From an uncultured Gammaproteobacteria bacterium (GTDB lineage: Bacteria; Patescibacteriota; Microgenomatia; Levybacterales; GWA1-39-11), in the NCBI GenBank assembly GCA_964537315.1, contig CAZIAP010000002.1:43237-107236 (forward strand): a stretch of 64,000 nucleotides of DNA. Direction: 5' to 3'. The notes below the pieces were generated by a model that saw only the letters and a program-made list of their open reading frames with translations, had not been told where the DNA came from and made no database searches. Below are positions 46,540-55,797 of the stretch, one piece after another (the first letter of the stretch is position 1; each line of letters begins with the position of its first letter). Position numbers and translations under genes: made by a program.

Positions 46540-46862
46540 TTTTCTGATTTTTCACAGATAATTTTTTACTTTATTTTTTCTTACAAATCGTGTTGAGGCT
46601 ACACTATGTTCCTATAGTAAGTTGATATAGTTTGATCAATTGACAGGGGGAGATTTAGTGGGCTATATTGATTACTGACACTACATGTGGAAAAGCTCAA
46701 AACTTAAAAATAAATCTCGAAAGTTTTGAATTGCACATTAAATAAAGTTAAAAATTAAAAGTGAGAAATCAAGTTCACAAGTTAGAACTGAGAAGTTTTA
46801 TGCAGTTTTGACTTTTGAGTTGTATTTTTGAATTTTTGTATTTTAACTTTTAAATTTTCTTT

Positions 46863-47318
46863 ATGCACTGTCCGTACTGTAATCATACCGGTTCTGAAGT
46901 CGTAGAAACTCGGGTAGGAGAGGAAGGGTCCAATATCCGGAGAAGGCGGTTATGTTCTGAGTGCAATAAACGGTTCACTACCTATGAGCGGATTGAAGGG
47001 GTTACTCTAATTGTTCGCAAGCGGGATGGTAAACGTGAGCAATTTAGTAGAGAAAAATTAAAAATAGGACTTATTAAATCCTGTGAAAAAACCACAGTGT
47101 CTCTGCAGGAAATAGAAGAAGTAGTCGCAAGTATTGAACGAGAGTTGAGATGCGGCGACTCACTGGAAGTAGAGAGTCAGCAGATTGGTAGAATGGTAGC
47201 AGATCAGCTGAAGAAAAAGAATAAGCTGGCATATATAAGATTCGCCAGCGTGTTTAAGAATTTTGTAGATATTGATGATTTTGCACAAGAATTGAAAATT
47301 TTAGATAAAAGCAATTAA
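46863..47318 (+). CDS. nrdR: Transcriptional repressor NrdR
   Basis: MHCPYCNHTGSEVVETRVGEEGSNIRRRRLCSECNKRFTTYERIE is the zinc ribbon. The ATP-cone follows (RDGKREQFSREKLKIGLIKSC). Confidence 0.9.
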   Translation: MHCPYCNHTGSEVVETRVGEEGSNIRRRRLCSECNKRFTTYERIEGVTLIVRKRDGKREQFSREKLKIGLIKSCEKTTVSLQEIEEVVASIERELRCGDSLEVESQQIGRMVADQLKKKNKLAYIRFASVFKNFVDIDDFAQELKILDKSN

Positions 47319-47324
47319 ACAAAT

Positions 47325-49775
47325 ATGAAATTAGACGGAATCAGACAAAAAGTATTTTTAGACCGCTACGCTTTAAAAGATAAAGACGGTAGTCTGCTTG
47401 AGCATACTCCTGAAGAGATGTGGAAGCGCGTCGCGCGAGGGGTCTCCCAAACCGAGGACAAAAATGTTAGATCTCATTGGAGAAAAGAGTTCTATCGGGT
47501 AATGGAAGATTTCAAGTTTGTTCCTGCAGGACGTATTTTGTCAGGAGCGGGTACAGGTTACCAGGTAACTTACTTTAATTGTTTTGTCATTCCTTCCCCA
47601 CAAGACTCTCGTCACGGTATTTTGGAAGCACTCGGGCAATTAGTAGAAATTCAAGCTCGCTCAGGAGGAGTTGGATTAAATCTCTCATCACTTCGTCCAA
47701 AAGGTGCGCGTGTTAAAAAAGTAAATGGAACTTCATCAGGTCCTGTGAACTGGGCGACTCTTTTCTCAGTTGCGACGCACGATATTGTTCAGCAAGGCGG
47801 AAGCCGTCGAGGTGCAACAATGCTTATGCTGTGGGATTGGCATCCAGATGTGGAAGAGTTCATCACAGTAAAACAAGACCTTACCAAAATAAACGGAGCA
47901 AATCTTTCAGTATGTATCTCAGATGCCTTTATGGAAGCTGTTAAAAATGATGCTGATTGGGAGCTAGTGTATCCTGACCTCGATGACCCTAAATATGACT
48001 CACATTGGAATGGCGATATCGTTGAGTGGCGCAAGCTCGGTGGAAAAGTAAATCTACACAAGACAGTAAAAGCACGCGAGCTATGGAATTTGATCTGTGA
48101 AGCTGCTTGGAGAAGCGCTGAGCCAGGACTTCATTTTATGGACAGATCAAACAAACGGTCAAACACTTGGTATTTTGAGCGACTTATTGCTACAAATCCT
48201 TGTGGAGAGCAGCCACTGGGAGGTTGGGCTGTGTGTAACTTAGGTGCGATGAATTTGTCAGCTTACGTTACCGGGTATGACGCGGATAATCCTGGAAAAT
48301 TTGACTACAAATCATTTGCGGCAGATGTAAAAGTTGCAATGAGGTTGCTTGATAACGTAATCGATCAGACGTACTACTTTTTCCCCGAAAATGAGAAATG
48401 CGCAAAAGAAATTCGCAGAACAGGTTTGGGAATTATGGGACTTGGTGATGCGCTGATAAAAATGAATCTTGCTTATGGTTCTGAAGAATCACTTCCGATA
48501 ATTGAAAAAATATTCAAGACGCTTCGTGACAGCGCGTACGATGCTTCAAGTGATATCGCAAAAGAAAAAGGATCCTTCCCTAAGTTTGAGAAAGAACAAT
48601 ATCTCAAAGGATATCACATCAAAGAGCTACCTAAAGAACTACAAAAGAAAATAGAAAAACAAGGTATTCGTAATGCTGTCCTCTTGACTATTGCCCCAAC
48701 AGGTACGACATCATTAGTGTCAGGAGTTAGTTCTGGAGTAGAGCCGGTTTATGAGTTTGCTTTCAAAAGACGATGGAGAGGCGGAGAGGACATGATGTAT
48801 CATCCTCTCTATGAAGAATGGCTCAAAGCTCATCCGGGAGAAGAAAAACCAAAATATTTTGTGTCTGCAAACGATCTGACACCTGAAGAACATGTAAAAG
48901 TACAGGCCGTTGCCCAAAAATATATTGACTCCTCAATTTCAAAGACTGTAAATGCTCCAAAAACACATAGTGTCGAAGATGTTAAAAAGCTATATATGAT
49001 GGCATATGACCATGGTCTTAAAGGCATTACTTATATGAGAGACGGGTCAAGACAAGGAGTATTGGAACGAGTAGAGGAAAAGAAAGAAGAACAGAAGGAG
49101 CAGCCGGTTATGACACTGCGAAAAAGACCTCCTGTGATGGTCGGTTCGACTTACGAAACGGAAACACCTTTCGGTCACTCATTCATAACAATCAATTCTG
49201 ATAAAGAAGGGAATCCATTTGAGGTATTCATCAATTCAGGTAAATCAGGATCAGACGTTATGGCAATGTCTGAGGCGTTAGGACGAATTATCTCAATGGT
49301 GCTTCGCATGCAAAGTCCGATTGCTCATAGAGAAAGAATACGACAAATTGTTGGTCAACTATCAGGAATTGGTGGAGCTCGAACTGTAGGCTTTGGTATT
49401 AACAGAGTAAGATCTATGCCTGATGCTTTGGCAAAGGTACTTGCAGAACACTTTAGCTTTAAAGTCAATGGAAAAGTAGTTGACGCCGCACTTCGCCAAG
49501 GCTCCGAGGGGCAAGTAGTTAAACATCCAGAACAAGAGAAATCTGATGTAAAAGGTAATGGATCTAATGGAAACGGACATGGTTTGTCACTTAACGGACA
49601 CTCCGCACCAGTTCAAGCAGATGCTGTACCTCAAACGACTGTGATGCAGCAAATGACACTTCCTCAAGACGACACAAGACAACTATTTGATATCTGCCCT
49701 GAATGTGGTGGAGCATCTCTTGCAAGAGAAGAAGGCTGCAAGAAATGTTATGCCTGTGGGTACGCAGAGTGTTAA
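47325..49775 (+). CDS. nrdJ: Class II (adenosylcobalamin-dependent) ribonucleotide reductase NrdJ with a C-terminal zinc ribbon
   Basis: ...RLIATNPCGEQPLGGWAVCNLGAMNL... is the class II active-site cysteine motif. Length 816 aa. C-terminal CPECGG...CKKCYACGYAEC. Confidence 0.9.
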   Translation: MKLDGIRQKVFLDRYALKDKDGSLLEHTPEEMWKRVARGVSQTEDKNVRSHWRKEFYRVMEDFKFVPAGRILSGAGTGYQVTYFNCFVIPSPQDSRHGILEALGQLVEIQARSGGVGLNLSSLRPKGARVKKVNGTSSGPVNWATLFSVATHDIVQQGGSRRGATMLMLWDWHPDVEEFITVKQDLTKINGANLSVCISDAFMEAVKNDADWELVYPDLDDPKYDSHWNGDIVEWRKLGGKVNLHKTVKARELWNLICEAAWRSAEPGLHFMDRSNKRSNTWYFERLIATNPCGEQPLGGWAVCNLGAMNLSAYVTGYDADNPGKFDYKSFAADVKVAMRLLDNVIDQTYYFFPENEKCAKEIRRTGLGIMGLGDALIKMNLAYGSEESLPIIEKIFKTLRDSAYDASSDIAKEKGSFPKFEKEQYLKGYHIKELPKELQKKIEKQGIRNAVLLTIAPTGTTSLVSGVSSGVEPVYEFAFKRRWRGGEDMMYHPLYEEWLKAHPGEEKPKYFVSANDLTPEEHVKVQAVAQKYIDSSISKTVNAPKTHSVEDVKKLYMMAYDHGLKGITYMRDGSRQGVLERVEEKKEEQKEQPVMTLRKRPPVMVGSTYETETPFGHSFITINSDKEGNPFEVFINSGKSGSDVMAMSEALGRIISMVLRMQSPIAHRERIRQIVGQLSGIGGARTVGFGINRVRSMPDALAKVLAEHFSFKVNGKVVDAALRQGSEGQVVKHPEQEKSDVKGNGSNGNGHGLSLNGHSAPVQADAVPQTTVMQQMTLPQDDTRQLFDICPECGGASLAREEGCKKCYACGYAEC

Positions 49776-49819
49776 GCTAGCAAGTGGCATATAGCATATA
49801 GCTAATAGTCATGGTAAAA

Positions 49820-49950
49820 ATTAAAGTATTGTATAGGTAAGAAGGGTGAAAGTCCCTCTCAGAGCCGCTACTGTAAAGACAGAAAACTATACATTATTAC
49901 TCCTTCCCGAGCTTGGAAAAACCAATAATCTCGAGAAGCATTTTAAATTA
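49820..49950 (+). promoter_or_regulatory. Candidate cobalamin (B12) riboswitch in the 5' leader of the adenosyltransferase operon
   Basis: AAGAAGGGTGAAAGTCCCTCTCAGAGCCGCTACTGTAAAG at 49840-49880 matches the conserved riboswitch core (AAxxGGGAA..GGTGAAAxTCC....C.G.CCCGCCACTGTAA). The 190-nt leader and the downstream B12-metabolism gene are consistent with it. The boundaries are approximate. Confidence 0.5.
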
Positions 49951-49967
49951 AAAGGTTTAAGTCTATC

Positions 49968-50519
49968 ATGCCGATCTATACAAAAACAGGAGATAGAGGT
50001 AAAACGTCATTACGTACGGGTAGCCGCATTTGGAAAGATTCTATACGAGTTGAAGCGTATGGAAGCATTGATGAGCTGAATTCATATATAGGAGTAGTTA
50101 TTTCAACGCTCGGAGAGCCAAAGCGTGGATGGAAAAAGTACCTACAAACACAGTTACTATCAATTCAAGGTGACTTGTTATTTATAGGATCATCACTTGC
50201 TAAAAGCGAAGTGATGCTGGATAGGCTTGATCCTAATACTAAAAAATTTGAGGAACAAATTGATACGATGACAGAAAAACTCCCAGAATTGAGTAATTTT
50301 ATTCTTCCAGGCGGAAATCCTGTTGGGTCACATCTGCAATATGCCCGAACACTGGTCAGAAGAGCAGAAAGGAGAGTAGTTACTCTTGCAAAAACTGAAA
50401 AAGTAGATGATTCACTAATACGTTACATTAATAGGTTATCAGATCTATTTTTTACCATGTCGCGGTTTGCAAATTTTAAGGAAAAGAAAAGTGAAGTAGT
50501 TTGGGCCCCCTTTAAGTAG
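49968..50519 (+). CDS. pduO: Cob(I)alamin adenosyltransferase, PduO/MMAB type
   Basis: MPIYTKTGDRGKTSLRTGSRIWKDSIRVEAYGSIDELNSYIGVV...ILPGGNPVGSHLQYARTLVRRAERRVV is the canonical PduO-type ATR N-terminal signature. Confidence 0.85.
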   Translation: MPIYTKTGDRGKTSLRTGSRIWKDSIRVEAYGSIDELNSYIGVVISTLGEPKRGWKKYLQTQLLSIQGDLLFIGSSLAKSEVMLDRLDPNTKKFEEQIDTMTEKLPELSNFILPGGNPVGSHLQYARTLVRRAERRVVTLAKTEKVDDSLIRYINRLSDLFFTMSRFANFKEKKSEVVWAPFK

Positions 50520-50524
50520 GACAT

Positions 50525-51763
50525 ATGGAAAACAGAGCATACATACCCCAAGAGGCGTATCAAAATTATCTACAAGGTGTTCCAGCTGAGCAGAGGGACA
50601 ATTTATATTCAATAGAGCCGAGGGTAGAAAAGTCTATAAAAGTAGTGCAGTACGAGCTAGACTTTGATAGACAGCAAGCAAGGGAAATCTTAAGGAGTAG
50701 GGGAGATGAAGATTTTGAGAGCAGAGTAGAGAACTTTAAATCTTTTACTGAAATGCAGTTACTTACGGCTTTAGGGGAAAGATTTAATAGAGGACTAAGT
50801 CGCTACTCATACCGTACGGAAGATGGAGTTTTGTATGGTGAACATAGTGATGAACCTTTTCTTGATGTTTTAGAAAGGGGTAGAGCATACCGGGAAATAT
50901 ATGGAAATCCTGTTGATCATTCCCGTGAAGAGGCAGAAGTAAGAGGTTTTAAAAAAATCCAGGATGTTTTGGGTAACCCAGATACTCCTCCTGGTACTAT
51001 TGCGGTCTCAGTGTCACCTCCAGGGGGTGAGGGGTCTATATATAAACATAACTTTTATGACGGTTTTCAAAAAAAGGAAGACGGGAGTATTGAAGTGGTT
51101 CGGTTTAGTAACGCATTAAGTGCAGAAGAAACAATTGATAGACTAAAAGAGCTGGATCCTCAAATCAACACTCCAGAACAACTAACAGATGTTAATTTGC
51201 TTTCAAACCCTATTATCCTATCTAAAGAGATTGGACAAGAATTGACCTTAGATAAAATACATACTCATCTTCACAAAGATCATGACGTAATGAGTGAAAA
51301 AGATTTTGCAGTAGTACAGGAGATGTGTGCTTTTCTTATGGTAAGTTACATAAACTCTCTTTTGGAAGATCCTGAGGATTATAATAAACATGCCAGGTTA
51401 TATAACGCTTTACTAAATAAGGCGGATGAAGTTTCCGACTCTCTAAAAGAGAGTAGAGATATTGCGGTAATTAAGTCATCTGCTGATATGACAGAACAAG
51501 AGATATATTATCTTGGCAATCAATCTGTTAGATCAGTAGATACAGGGTGCGGATATTCAGGAGGAGCAGAAATCATGAACGGAGGAGAAACCGCACTAGG
51601 TGTTTATTCAGTCATGTCGTTTGGAGGAGTAGAAGATAAGTACGGTTCATTAAAGTTTAAGTGTCCTCATTGTAACTATGAAAATACTCGCCCTTACGGA
51701 AAGCTGATTGAAAGGTGTGGGGATGGTCAATCAAGTGGATGTAAAAAAAGCGTTCGTTGCTAA
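50525..51763 (+). CDS. Hypothetical 412-aa protein with a C-terminal zinc ribbon, co-operonic with pduO
   Basis: Starts 5 nt after the pduO stop. Ends ...KFKCPHCNYENTRPYGKLIERCGDGQSSGCKKSVRC. No recognised domain. Confidence 0.45.
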   Translation: MENRAYIPQEAYQNYLQGVPAEQRDNLYSIEPRVEKSIKVVQYELDFDRQQAREILRSRGDEDFESRVENFKSFTEMQLLTALGERFNRGLSRYSYRTEDGVLYGEHSDEPFLDVLERGRAYREIYGNPVDHSREEAEVRGFKKIQDVLGNPDTPPGTIAVSVSPPGGEGSIYKHNFYDGFQKKEDGSIEVVRFSNALSAEETIDRLKELDPQINTPEQLTDVNLLSNPIILSKEIGQELTLDKIHTHLHKDHDVMSEKDFAVVQEMCAFLMVSYINSLLEDPEDYNKHARLYNALLNKADEVSDSLKESRDIAVIKSSADMTEQEIYYLGNQSVRSVDTGCGYSGGAEIMNGGETALGVYSVMSFGGVEDKYGSLKFKCPHCNYENTRPYGKLIERCGDGQSSGCKKSVRC

Positions 51764-51769
51764 GCGGAT

Positions 51770-51928
51770 ATGAAAAATTTAAATGATTCAAATAAAAATT
51801 GTGATGATTGTTTTAAAATTATTTGCAAATTATGCAATTGGGAACCCGATGATAATGAAGTAGAGGCTATACAGAGTGGAGTACTTCAAAATTGTCCTGA
51901 CTGCGGATGGAGTCCTAGAGTATCGTGA
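51770..51928 (+). CDS. Small Cys-rich zinc-ribbon protein (52 aa), below the ORF-track size cutoff
   Basis: MKNLNDSNKNCDDCFKIICKLCNWEPDDNEVEAIQSGVLQNCPDCGWSPRVS has CxxC...CxxC pairs. It starts 7 nt after the previous stop. Confidence 0.3.
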   Translation: MKNLNDSNKNCDDCFKIICKLCNWEPDDNEVEAIQSGVLQNCPDCGWSPRVS

Positions 51929-52055
51929 AATAATGTGGATAACTTTTCACAGCAGTAACTATATCAAACTGATACATGGGTATCAAACTATATCATTTAG
52001 CCTCGAAAAACTGAGTATTGAAAAAAAATCGAAACTCTGTATACACTAGAGATAC

Positions 52056-52787
52056 ATGTGGAAAACTCTGGTAAACCTCATCTTTCCTAAGTACTGTGTG
52101 CAGTGTAAGCGAATAGGAAATTACATTTGTGATAACTGTTTTTCTTACATTCGCTTTGATCCTACTCCGATTTGTCCCAAGTGTAATAAGCAATCGATTG
52201 AGGGCGCGACCCATCCAAGGTGTCGTACTCTTTATAGTATTGATGGGCTCGTCTCAGCAGTTGTATATACCGGAGTGATAAAGCGACTTGTGCATCAATA
52301 TAAATATAATCCGTATGTATCTGACCTTAGAGATGACATTGGAAGATTAATGTGTGAGAGCTTGGAACAAAATGAAATATTTTTTAACTTTCTCAAAGAC
52401 AAACCAGTGCTTATACCTGTTCCACTCCATCCGATGAGACTTTCTAGAAGGGGATATAATCACTCATGGCTTCTCTGCTCTTATGTCGCACAATATTTCA
52501 AGCAAGAAGTAAATAATGATGTGTTAGTAAGAACACGCAACACAAAACCACAGTTTAAGCTCTCAAAAAATGATCGATACTCTAATGTCAAAGATGCATT
52601 TAAAATTCAAGAGAGTCAGAAGAAGACTGTTAAAGGAAGAACAATATTAATAATAGACGATATTGCGACTACCTGCTCTACTCTGGGAGAAATCGCTAAA
52701 GTACTAAAACGCAATGGTGCAAAAAGTGTTTGGGGGGTAGTCTTTGCAAGAGAAGAATTAACGAGGACAAAAGTAGGACGGGTTTAG
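52056..52787 (+). CDS. comF: ComF-family phosphoribosyltransferase-domain protein
   Basis: N-terminal Cys4 zinc finger (CVQCKR...CDNC...CPKCNK). C-terminal PRTase motif RTILIIDDIATTCSTL. Confidence 0.7.
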   Translation: MWKTLVNLIFPKYCVQCKRIGNYICDNCFSYIRFDPTPICPKCNKQSIEGATHPRCRTLYSIDGLVSAVVYTGVIKRLVHQYKYNPYVSDLRDDIGRLMCESLEQNEIFFNFLKDKPVLIPVPLHPMRLSRRGYNHSWLLCSYVAQYFKQEVNNDVLVRTRNTKPQFKLSKNDRYSNVKDAFKIQESQKKTVKGRTILIIDDIATTCSTLGEIAKVLKRNGAKSVWGVVFAREELTRTKVGRV

Positions 52788-52817
52788 GGTGTAGATTAAA
52801 TCAGGTATAATGAGTTC

Positions 52818-53258
52818 ATGAGAATTGTTAATAAACAACTAAATCGAAATTATGCCGTTATCGAAAGGATAGAGAGCGGTATTGCCTTATTGGGATCAGA
52901 AGTAAAGGCTGTGCGTACGAATCATGCAAGCCTCGACGGCTCTCATGTGCGTATTTTAGATGGACAAGCATACCTAGTCAATGCAAAAATCTTTCCATAT
53001 AAGTTCTCGCGTACAGAGAACTATAATGAATCGAGAAGCCGAAAGTTATTATTACATAGAAAGGAACTAACAGCGCTCAAATCTCGGCTCGATCAAGGTA
53101 ACTTTACACTTGTACCTGTTGCACTCTACCTTAAAAACAATCGGATTAAACTAGAAATCGCGTTAGTAAAAGGGAAGGCACAACACGAAAAACGCCGTGA
53201 ATTACGCAAGAAAGCAATTGACCGTGATATAGAGCGAGAATTGAAAAAATGGTCATAA
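52818..53258 (+). CDS. smpB: SsrA-binding protein SmpB
   Basis: NRNYAVIERIESGIALLGSEVKAVR...LLLHRKELTALKSRLDQGNFTLVPVALYLKNNRIKLEIALVKGK is canonical SmpB. Confidence 0.9.
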   Translation: MRIVNKQLNRNYAVIERIESGIALLGSEVKAVRTNHASLDGSHVRILDGQAYLVNAKIFPYKFSRTENYNESRSRKLLLHRKELTALKSRLDQGNFTLVPVALYLKNNRIKLEIALVKGKAQHEKRRELRKKAIDRDIERELKKWS

Positions 53259-53281
53259 TTTGCTATAATATAGGATATCTT

Positions 53282-53695
53282 GGGGATGTATTGTATCGAC
53301 AAGAATAGTACATTAAAAACTGCAAGCCGGCTTTGAATCGTAGCCGTAAAACAGGTTCAAACCTTACATGCTGATGGAACAACCATCCGCCGCAAGGTTC
53401 AGCGGTTCGCTGCTGACCTTATGCCGTCAACAGGACTTCGTCCTGCGATGGCATTCGCTGCTTAATAAGCGCGAGCTGTCTGTAATGTCTTTTCTCAACG
53501 GGGCGTCTCAGGCAAAAACTTAGTTGAGAAAAAGGTAAAGAGGCTGGTCTTCTTTTTATCATTTTTTTGACCTTAGTTATATCTTCGGATGTCGGTTTTC
53601 GTTCGGATATGATGAATTTCAATAATCGACTACGCTTGTAGATGTTTTTAACGCACCTTCTTTGGACGAGGGTTCATTACCCTCCATCTCCACCA
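53282..53695 (+). ncRNA. ssrA: tmRNA (ssrA), one-piece, directly downstream of smpB
   Basis: 5' GGGGAUG pairs with 3' CAUCUCC-A-CCA, with a G3.U wobble (the Ala identity element). T-arm GAGGGTTCATTACCCTCC. The internal tag frame ...GCT GCT GAC CTT ATG CCG TCA ACA GGA CTT CGT CCT GCG ATG GCA TTC GCT GCT TAA TAA encodes (A)ADLMPSTGLRPAMAFAA ending in a double stop. The minus-strand ORF 53419-53622 inside it is spurious. Confidence 0.85.
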
Positions 53696-53698
53696 ATT

Positions 53699-55555
53699 TT
53701 AAAATGTAAATGAGTGTAAAGCCTCCGGGGTGGCAATATAAATTGTCTTTGACGCTTCATCTGCTGAGAAGTCTACAGCCTTACCTATGATGTCCCAACT
53801 ATACTCTTGTTTTACCTCACCGTTCTTTGAAGTAATAAGTACGCGTTGGTTAGTCCTGTCCAAAATATACACATAAGTGTAGTCTTGTGCGCTATATACC
53901 AAAGAGTTTTTACTTATATTTCCCTGAGTACCTGTTACGTTATAGGTGTCATCAACTCCTCGGGTGAATTTTTGTACTTTTCCGTTATCAATTACCGTAT
54001 ATATGGATCCGTCAATACCCATTGAAACAGGTGTGTTTTGAAGAGGAGAATCTAAATATTCAGTAACCTTATATGCGCTTGGTGAGTATTTCTCGACAGT
54101 TTTATTTGCTGAGTTCAGCAAGTATATATTACTTCCGAAAACATCGATTGCAGTGCGTGCTTTATCAATCTTAAAAAGTTCGGTATTATTGCCGTTGCTG
54201 AGATTAACACGTATTACCCCACTATTGCTAAGGACGTATGCAGAATCGCTATCAGCTGTTATATCCATAATAGTTGTAGTATCAAGGTCGTACGTTTCAT
54301 CGACTTCTCCAGAACTATCTATAGTTACAAGCTTATTTGCTTTATCTGTTACCATAAGTGATCCTCCTTTGATAGTTACAGTTTGTATCTGATCGAGTTT
54401 GAGGTCTTGTGCTGAAGTAATCTCTTGTCCGTTTTCAACTCTTTTGCCCGATGAAAGCTGAGAGAGTTTACTATCAACTTTTGCAAGCAGGGCGTTTACT
54501 TCTCCTAGATTATTATCATTCGGATACTTGGCTTTAGTTTGTGTCAGTAAGTCTTTGGCTTTAGTATATTTATCCAGTGCAAGTGGTCGATTAAGAGGTT
54601 CAATAGCTTCTCCTTCATCATACTCGGTTTGGGCAGACTGTAGGGCTTGGCTAATAGCTTGAGTATTATCTGCTGCTTTTTCCTGTTGGGTACGGATTAG
54701 AATACTGCCAATGAGAAATAATAAAAGCACGATGATCGAAATACCGATAACGAATCTTTTTTTATTTTTAATGGCACGAATTCGAGTGATCACTTTAGAT
54801 ATAAGATCAGGTATTCCTCCTATTGGAATAGGGAATTTTTTTTCGTGTGGTTTCTCATCGCTAAGCAACTCTGTAATTGACTCATCAGAGTAGTCATCAG
54901 CATCCGGTAAATTTTCTTCAGTGACATTATCTTCGTCTGGCTGTTCTTCTACTGTATTAGAAATATTTTCAGGGTTTATGTATTGAAGTAATACTATTGC
55001 TTCTGCTCCGGTTGGGTTGTCGTGTAACAACGGAGCAATACCTTCAGAAATTTCGGTGAGATTATCAGTCTGCAGATGAGGGTTAAGAATCAAAGGACTC
55101 AGTTTATGAGCAAAAGCATCAGTTTGAATAAGAATAATATCGTTATGTTGCAAAGGACCGGTAAATGATAATACTTTGTCGGGGTGACCCTCCGCTACAA
55201 TCCCAAGTTTTTCGTTACGCTTGATAGAGACTATTCCTTCTTCTGCGGTAATAATATAAAGTGTATTTTCGTTGTTGGTTACCAAGACAAGTGAATATCT
55301 AGCTGATTTTTCAACAGTGTTAACTGTATTTTCAACTGCTTTTTTTATACTCTCGATTGTTTTTTCATCAAGGGAAAAATATTCACGCTGAAGGCGTTCC
55401 AGAAGCTCTTTTCCTATTTGTGCTACAGGTTTGTCCCCCTCTTCATCAATAGACACGCTTAGCACAACATAAAAATTTAGTGTTGAGTATGCTTGAGACC
55501 AAGCTGTACTAGTTGCGTTTGCTGCAAGTTTTGCAATAAGAAATTGTGGGTTCAT
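53699..55555 (-). CDS. Hypothetical bitopic membrane protein (618 aa)
   Basis: About 270-aa cytoplasmic N-region, TM (FVIGISIIVLLLFLIGSILI), then an extracellular C-region with repeated beta-strand-like segments. No known domain. Confidence 0.45.
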   Translation of the reverse strand: MNPQFLIAKLAANATSTAWSQAYSTLNFYVVLSVSIDEEGDKPVAQIGKELLERLQREYFSLDEKTIESIKKAVENTVNTVEKSARYSLVLVTNNENTLYIITAEEGIVSIKRNEKLGIVAEGHPDKVLSFTGPLQHNDIILIQTDAFAHKLSPLILNPHLQTDNLTEISEGIAPLLHDNPTGAEAIVLLQYINPENISNTVEEQPDEDNVTEENLPDADDYSDESITELLSDEKPHEKKFPIPIGGIPDLISKVITRIRAIKNKKRFVIGISIIVLLLFLIGSILIRTQQEKAADNTQAISQALQSAQTEYDEGEAIEPLNRPLALDKYTKAKDLLTQTKAKYPNDNNLGEVNALLAKVDSKLSQLSSGKRVENGQEITSAQDLKLDQIQTVTIKGGSLMVTDKANKLVTIDSSGEVDETYDLDTTTIMDITADSDSAYVLSNSGVIRVNLSNGNNTELFKIDKARTAIDVFGSNIYLLNSANKTVEKYSPSAYKVTEYLDSPLQNTPVSMGIDGSIYTVIDNGKVQKFTRGVDDTYNVTGTQGNISKNSLVYSAQDYTYVYILDRTNQRVLITSKNGEVKQEYSWDIIGKAVDFSADEASKTIYIATPEALHSFTF

Positions 55556-55797
55556 AATACGAGGCTAAGTATAGTATAACCAATAACAAATACTGACGCT
55601 ACTATGTTACCTATTGCAACAAATCGCAAGACAGGAGAAAAGGACGTTTGATCTACATAGCGAATCAAAGAGGTGATTTGAACATATAAAATAACTGAAA
55701 AAATACTATATAAAGTAGCAAATATTAAGAGAATAAACTGATATAAAAAGTCTTGGCCTGATACGATACTACTTACTAAGTCTGTAAACTCCATCAT
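55552..55797 (-). CDS. Small two-TM membrane protein
   Basis: 81-aa hydrophobic product in an overlapping operon arrangement with its neighbours. Confidence 0.3.
   Translation of the reverse strand: MMEFTDLVSSIVSGQDFLYQFILLIFATLYSIFSVILYVQITSLIRYVDQTSFSPVLRFVAIGNIVASVFVIGYTILSLVL

Noticed and set aside
53419-53622. 67-aa minus-strand ORF from the six-frame track
   Set aside because: It lies entirely inside the tmRNA gene (53282-53695), so it is an antisense artefact of a structured RNA.
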